A DNA stretch of 64,000 nucleotides from Eubacteriales bacterium (GTDB lineage: Bacteria > Bacillota > Clostridia > Oscillospirales > JAAYXM01): contig JAZRPO010000059.1 of the NCBI GenBank assembly GCA_045649265.1, positions 80-64,079 on the forward strand, in the 5' to 3' direction. Within the stretch, counting starts at the first letter, position 1. Each line of letters starts with the position of its first letter. Below are positions 60,760-64,000 of this stretch, in pieces. The notes below the pieces were generated by a model. It did no database searches. It was not told the DNA's origin and was given only the letters and a program-made list of their open reading frames with translations. A program made the translations under genes and the position numbers.

Positions 60760-61028
60760 CAGATATCCCCCTCTCCGCGAAGAACAGCGGTTTCAACCCT
60801 GGCGCGGATTACACATTCAAGTGCACCCCTATCTATCACACGAACACAGGCATTTTCCACTCCATGTTCTTTTAATGTCTCTCTTATTACAGTTTGAATT
60901 TTTTCTCCGAACTGTTTTTGAACAACAGACTCAAGCTGGATGCTTAAACCATCTTGCGCCGGCTCAATCTCAACGTACGCATCGCTCGATTCCATTGTTC
61001 CCGCTGATGCACATCTGGAAATATCCAT
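60759..61028 (-). CDS. citD: Citrate-lyase gamma-subunit homolog (acyl carrier protein)
   Basis: About 89 aa with ASAGTMESSD, the conserved prosthetic-group serine region. I start it at ATG 61028, with AAAGGAG 9 nt upstream. Confidence 0.85.
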   Translation of the reverse strand: MDISRCASAGTMESSDAYVEIEPAQDGLSIQLESVVQKQFGEKIQTVIRETLKEHGVENACVRVIDRGALECVIRARVETAVLRGEGDI

Positions 61029-61086
61029 TTGCTGCAACTCCTTTCATATCCTCTATAAACAAAAAGTTGTAGTCCAATTTATCAAT

Positions 61087-61115
61087 ATTATATAATACAA
61101 TTTTAAAAAAATCAA
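61087..61115 (-). promoter_or_regulatory. Sigma-A promoter of the citDEF-like/hydratase operon
   Basis: On the minus strand, TTGATT (61115-61110), a 17-nt spacer, then TATAAT (61092-61087). Confidence 0.65.
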
Positions 61116-61131
61116 TTATTTCCTTTCTTCT

Positions 61132-61160
61132 TTGCATTTTTGCTAATTATGAGTTATAAT
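61132..61160 (+). promoter_or_regulatory. Sigma-A promoter of the citC / P-loop / citXG operon
   Basis: TTGCAT (61132-61137), a 17-nt spacer, then TATAAT (61155-61160). Confidence 0.7.
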
Positions 61161-61193
61161 GTTATCAATAAATTATATTTAAAAGGATAAAAT

Positions 61194-62180
61194 ATGTATA
61201 TTGAAAAATTATCCAGCTTTAACGAAGCAAAATTGAATATATGGAAAAGCTTTCTGAAAAAAGTCGGACTCGAACCGGACGAATCCGTCAGCCAGACGGT
61301 TCTTCTCTGGGACGGGGATTCTCTTGTTGCCACGGGTTCGCGCACAGGAAATCTTCTGAAATGTATCGCTGTTGATTCCCAAAGACAAGGAGAAGGTCTT
61401 ACCGCAACACTTATTACTGCCCTGCGGCAGGAGGCGTTTACGGAAGGATTAAGCCACCTTTTTCTATATACCAAACCTGAAAACAAAGATATGTTTTCTT
61501 CTTTGTTCTTTTATCCGGTGGCTGAGACGAACAATGTTTTGCTTATGGAAAGTCGCAAAGACGGAATAATTAATTTTTTAAATTCACTTCCTGAAAAACA
61601 AACTTCCGGCACCGTAGGCGCTGCTATTATGAATTGCAACCCTTTTACTCTGGGGCATCGTTACCTGATCGAGACGGCCGCCAAGGAATGTGATCATCTT
61701 TATGTATTTGTTGTTTCTGAAGACAAAAGCCGCTTTTCTGCAGAGGACCGTCTGAAAATGGTACAATCAGGCACTGCTGATATTTCAAATGTAACCGTAC
61801 TTACAACAGGGCCCTACCTTATTTCTTCAGCGACCTTTCCCACCTACTTTCTCAAGGAGCGCGAAAACGCAACACAAATCAAGTGTCTTTTAGATATCGA
61901 AATATTCATAAAGTACTATGTTCCGAAATTCGGTATAACCACCCGTTATGTGGGGTCAGAACCTTTGTCTCCAATGACAGAACAATACAACATAGAGTTG
62001 AAGAAAATTTTACCCGCACACGGCATCGAGGTCAAAGAGCTTCCAAGACTTGAAATATCAAATGAACCTGTAAGCGCAAGCCGGGTAAGAGCCTTTATTG
62101 ATTCCGGAAACATACAAGCGCTTAAAGCATTGGTGCCCGATACAACATATACCTTTTTACTTAATAAAGGTTTAATATAA
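61194..62180 (+). CDS. citC: [Citrate (pro-3S)-lyase] ligase homolog (acetate:SH-ACP ligase)
   Basis: N-terminal GNAT-like domain and a nucleotidyltransferase domain (MNCNPFTLGHRYLIETAA, YVFVVSEDKSRF). Confidence 0.9.
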   Translation: MYIEKLSSFNEAKLNIWKSFLKKVGLEPDESVSQTVLLWDGDSLVATGSRTGNLLKCIAVDSQRQGEGLTATLITALRQEAFTEGLSHLFLYTKPENKDMFSSLFFYPVAETNNVLLMESRKDGIINFLNSLPEKQTSGTVGAAIMNCNPFTLGHRYLIETAAKECDHLYVFVVSEDKSRFSAEDRLKMVQSGTADISNVTVLTTGPYLISSATFPTYFLKERENATQIKCLLDIEIFIKYYVPKFGITTRYVGSEPLSPMTEQYNIELKKILPAHGIEVKELPRLEISNEPVSASRVRAFIDSGNIQALKALVPDTTYTFLLNKGLI

Positions 62181-62196
62181 TTTAGGGGGAATTAAA

Positions 62197-63132
62197 GTGC
62201 AGGAACGTCAGAAAAACCATATTTTAAGCAGCTACTTTGCACCGAGAGGCCATCAGCGCATGTATGCCCTTGGAATGCAGCTTTCCCAACTATACCTTTC
62301 TCCTTTTGACAAACTTATTGGCGTCGTAGGCGATGCCGGCTCAGGCAAAAGTGCTTTGCTTCGCGGGATGTTCCCCGGCCTTGAGCTCACTAACGATGAT
62401 GACGGTGTTTATGTTCGCCCTCTTCCGCTTTTAGAGCAGGATAACGGATATTTTTCTCCACACACCTATCACCTTGATATACGCTTTGAGAACGCTTTTA
62501 CACAAATGAGTGTTTTGGCGGAGGCTATTACCGAAGCGCTACACAACGGAAAACGCGTTATTGTGGAGCATTTTGATCTTATATATCCGCTGCTTGGCTT
62601 CAATGCCAATCTTATCATAGGCGTTGGCGAGCAGGTATTACTCGCAAGGCCAAATCTTTTTGGGCCCGAGCCTCAGGAGATACGCGACAAAGTATATGAA
62701 TCTCTTTCGTACCGTCTTATGGCGCATACCGCAGAGGACTTATGCGAGCTTTGTATGCCGGAACACGAAATGGTGCGCTGCGGTCACGATGATGTAAAAC
62801 ACGGATTTGTTGTCACCTTTCCCGAAACAAAACCTGATTTTGATATTCTTGAAATTGAAAATCAAGTTAATGAAATGATTGCAAAAGACCTTCCTATTGA
62901 CTATGTTGACAACAATCACATATCCATCGGCGGTCAGAAGCATTTTTGCACCGGTCCGCGAATACATGTAAGCCGAACAGGAATGATTGAAAACTTCCAC
63001 TTGCTTAATCACTTTATATACGACCGTTTTAATCGTCGCTATTTGTTGGTTGGTTGTGTCGGAAAGAACGCCGAAGGCAATTTGCAAAAGCTTGACTCTC
63101 AGCAAAAGAAACAATCAGACCTTATTATGTAG
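62197..63132 (+). CDS. Uncharacterised P-loop protein
   Basis: 311-aa ORF with GTG start and SD TAGGGGGA. It has Walker A GDAGSGKS and a possible Walker B RVIVEHFD. I recognise no family for the C-terminal half. Confidence 0.6.
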   Translation: MQERQKNHILSSYFAPRGHQRMYALGMQLSQLYLSPFDKLIGVVGDAGSGKSALLRGMFPGLELTNDDDGVYVRPLPLLEQDNGYFSPHTYHLDIRFENAFTQMSVLAEAITEALHNGKRVIVEHFDLIYPLLGFNANLIIGVGEQVLLARPNLFGPEPQEIRDKVYESLSYRLMAHTAEDLCELCMPEHEMVRCGHDDVKHGFVVTFPETKPDFDILEIENQVNEMIAKDLPIDYVDNNHISIGGQKHFCTGPRIHVSRTGMIENFHLLNHFIYDRFNRRYLLVGCVGKNAEGNLQKLDSQQKKQSDLIM

Positions 63133-63151
63133 TTATACCAGGGGAATAAAA

Positions 63152-64000
63152 ATGACAGAAGTCACTTTAATCCAAATGCTTGATGCGCGTGAAGCTCGTG
63201 CAAAAAAGCAAAGGGATATACTAAGCCGGCTCAAGCTCCCTCTTATCAGCTTTACTATGAATATTGCAGGTCCAATAAAGACCTCACCATTGATTGAGCG
63301 ATCATTCTTTGAAGGAATTAAGCTTTTAAAAAAACGTGTGGAGCAAGACAGCATAGTTTATCAAGACATAGATATCAAGCCTACAGGCTGTGAGGCGATG
63401 TTCTCTGTGAAATATGAGGCACAAAAGCTTAAAGATATCTGCTCTTCCATTGAGGAAGACTTTACTATCGGAAGGCTGTTTGATCTGGATGTAATAAATG
63501 CAGACGGAAGCAAACTCGAAAGAAAAAATCCTCGCAACTGCATTGTTTGCGGCTCTCCCGGGAGGGTCTGTGCCGCAGGCAGAGTCCATCCGGTTGGCGA
63601 AATTCAGGCAGTCACAAGAGAAATAATGGAAAACTACTTCTTTCTTCTCGACAAAGAGCGTTGTTCCGACCTTGCGGTAAAAAGCCTTTTAGACGAAGTG
63701 TATACCACTCCCAAGCCCGGACTTGTGGATTGCCGCAACAACGGCAGCCACAACGATATGGATATCAGCACCTTTGAAAAAAGCGCCCATGCGCTTAAAC
63801 CTTATTTTGGTGAATGCTTTTCCATCGGCAAAAATACCGCAAAGCTTTCTCCATGCGAGGCTTTTTCTCTTTTGCGCATTGCCGGTATTTCAGCAGAAAA
63901 AACTATGTATGATACTACCGGCGGAATAAACACTCACAAAGGTGCAATTTACTCCATAGGTATACTCTGTGCAAGCATCGGGAGGTTATGGATGCCCGAA
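63152..64000 (+). CDS. citXG: CitX-CitG fusion: holo-ACP synthase fused to triphosphoribosyl-dephospho-CoA synthase (3' end beyond window)
   Basis: Hand translation from ATG 63152 stays open to base 64000 (283 codons; absent from the ORF track because no stop is reached). The CitX part has LDAREARAKKQ, FTMNIAGPIK and GRLFDLDV. The CitG part has KPGLVDCRNNGSHNDMD and NTHKGAIYS. Confidence 0.85.
   Translation, partial: MTEVTLIQMLDAREARAKKQRDILSRLKLPLISFTMNIAGPIKTSPLIERSFFEGIKLLKKRVEQDSIVYQDIDIKPTGCEAMFSVKYEAQKLKDICSSIEEDFTIGRLFDLDVINADGSKLERKNPRNCIVCGSPGRVCAAGRVHPVGEIQAVTREIMENYFFLLDKERCSDLAVKSLLDEVYTTPKPGLVDCRNNGSHNDMDISTFEKSAHALKPYFGECFSIGKNTAKLSPCEAFSLLRIAGISAEKTMYDTTGGINTHKGAIYSIGILCASIGRLWMPE

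Noticed and set aside
51314-64000. A compositional (GC) shift as evidence that the catabolic locus is a horizontally acquired island
   Set aside because: Hand counts on a few 60-nt lines gave 37-42% GC in mal/glmE. The same counts gave 45-60% in the citF, citE and P-loop genes, against roughly 45-55% in the housekeeping block. That is too inconsistent to claim without a proper sliding-window calculation, and no integrase or flanking repeats were seen.
1-64000. CRISPR arrays, IS elements, prophage, toxin-antitoxin or defence-system genes
   Set aside because: I found no direct-repeat/spacer periodicity, no transposase, integrase or recombinase-like ORFs, and no recognisable defence-domain proteins on either strand. 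Every ORF over 100 aa is accounted for by the annotated genes or their shadow frames.

Overview
The gene content and order indicate a Firmicutes/Clostridia-type chromosome segment, in two parts. (1) Bases 1-51100 hold about 51 kb of almost entirely plus-strand housekeeping genes. In order they are: uvrB(3' end)-uvrA; dGTPase-like-dnaG-rpoD; amidohydrolase, homocysteine-methyltransferase-domain protein and TatD; ddl-murI; rimP-nusA-ylxR-ylxQ-infB-rbfA::DHH-truB-ribF; a PucR-like regulator followed by ftsE-ftsX-M23 peptidase-ctpA; greA-lysS; ktrB/ktrA-like genes; trmH-family-dprA-topA-trmFO-plsX-rnc-radical SAM; glnA-asnA; and SRP RNA-dnaX-ybaB-recR-tRNA-Leu(UAG). One minus-strand insertion in this block is a trpB2-pdxK operon behind what reads as a Trp-specific T-box leader. 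(2) Bases 51300-64000 (running off the window) hold a catabolic locus. I read it as the complete methylaspartate pathway of glutamate fermentation: glutamate mutase glmS-glmL-glmE, methylaspartate ammonia-lyase, a two-subunit class-I-fumarase-like hydratase (mesaconase candidate), citDEF-like lyase (citramalate lyase candidate), a GntR-type regulator, and a divergent citC / unknown P-loop protein / citX-citG fusion operon. The pathway itself is established biochemistry, not a new system. The items most worth follow-up are the uncharacterised P-loop protein inside the lyase-activation operon, the Trp T-box on trpB2-pdxK, the in-frame RbfA-DHH (NrnA-like) fusion with an internal SD+CTG at the junction, a perfect palindrome over the glutamate mutase promoter, and an orphan promoter/terminator pair next to tRNA-Leu. 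I recognised no CRISPR array, transposase, integrase, prophage or defence genes. All calls come from reading the ORF translations and the DNA by eye; no searches or folding programs were run.
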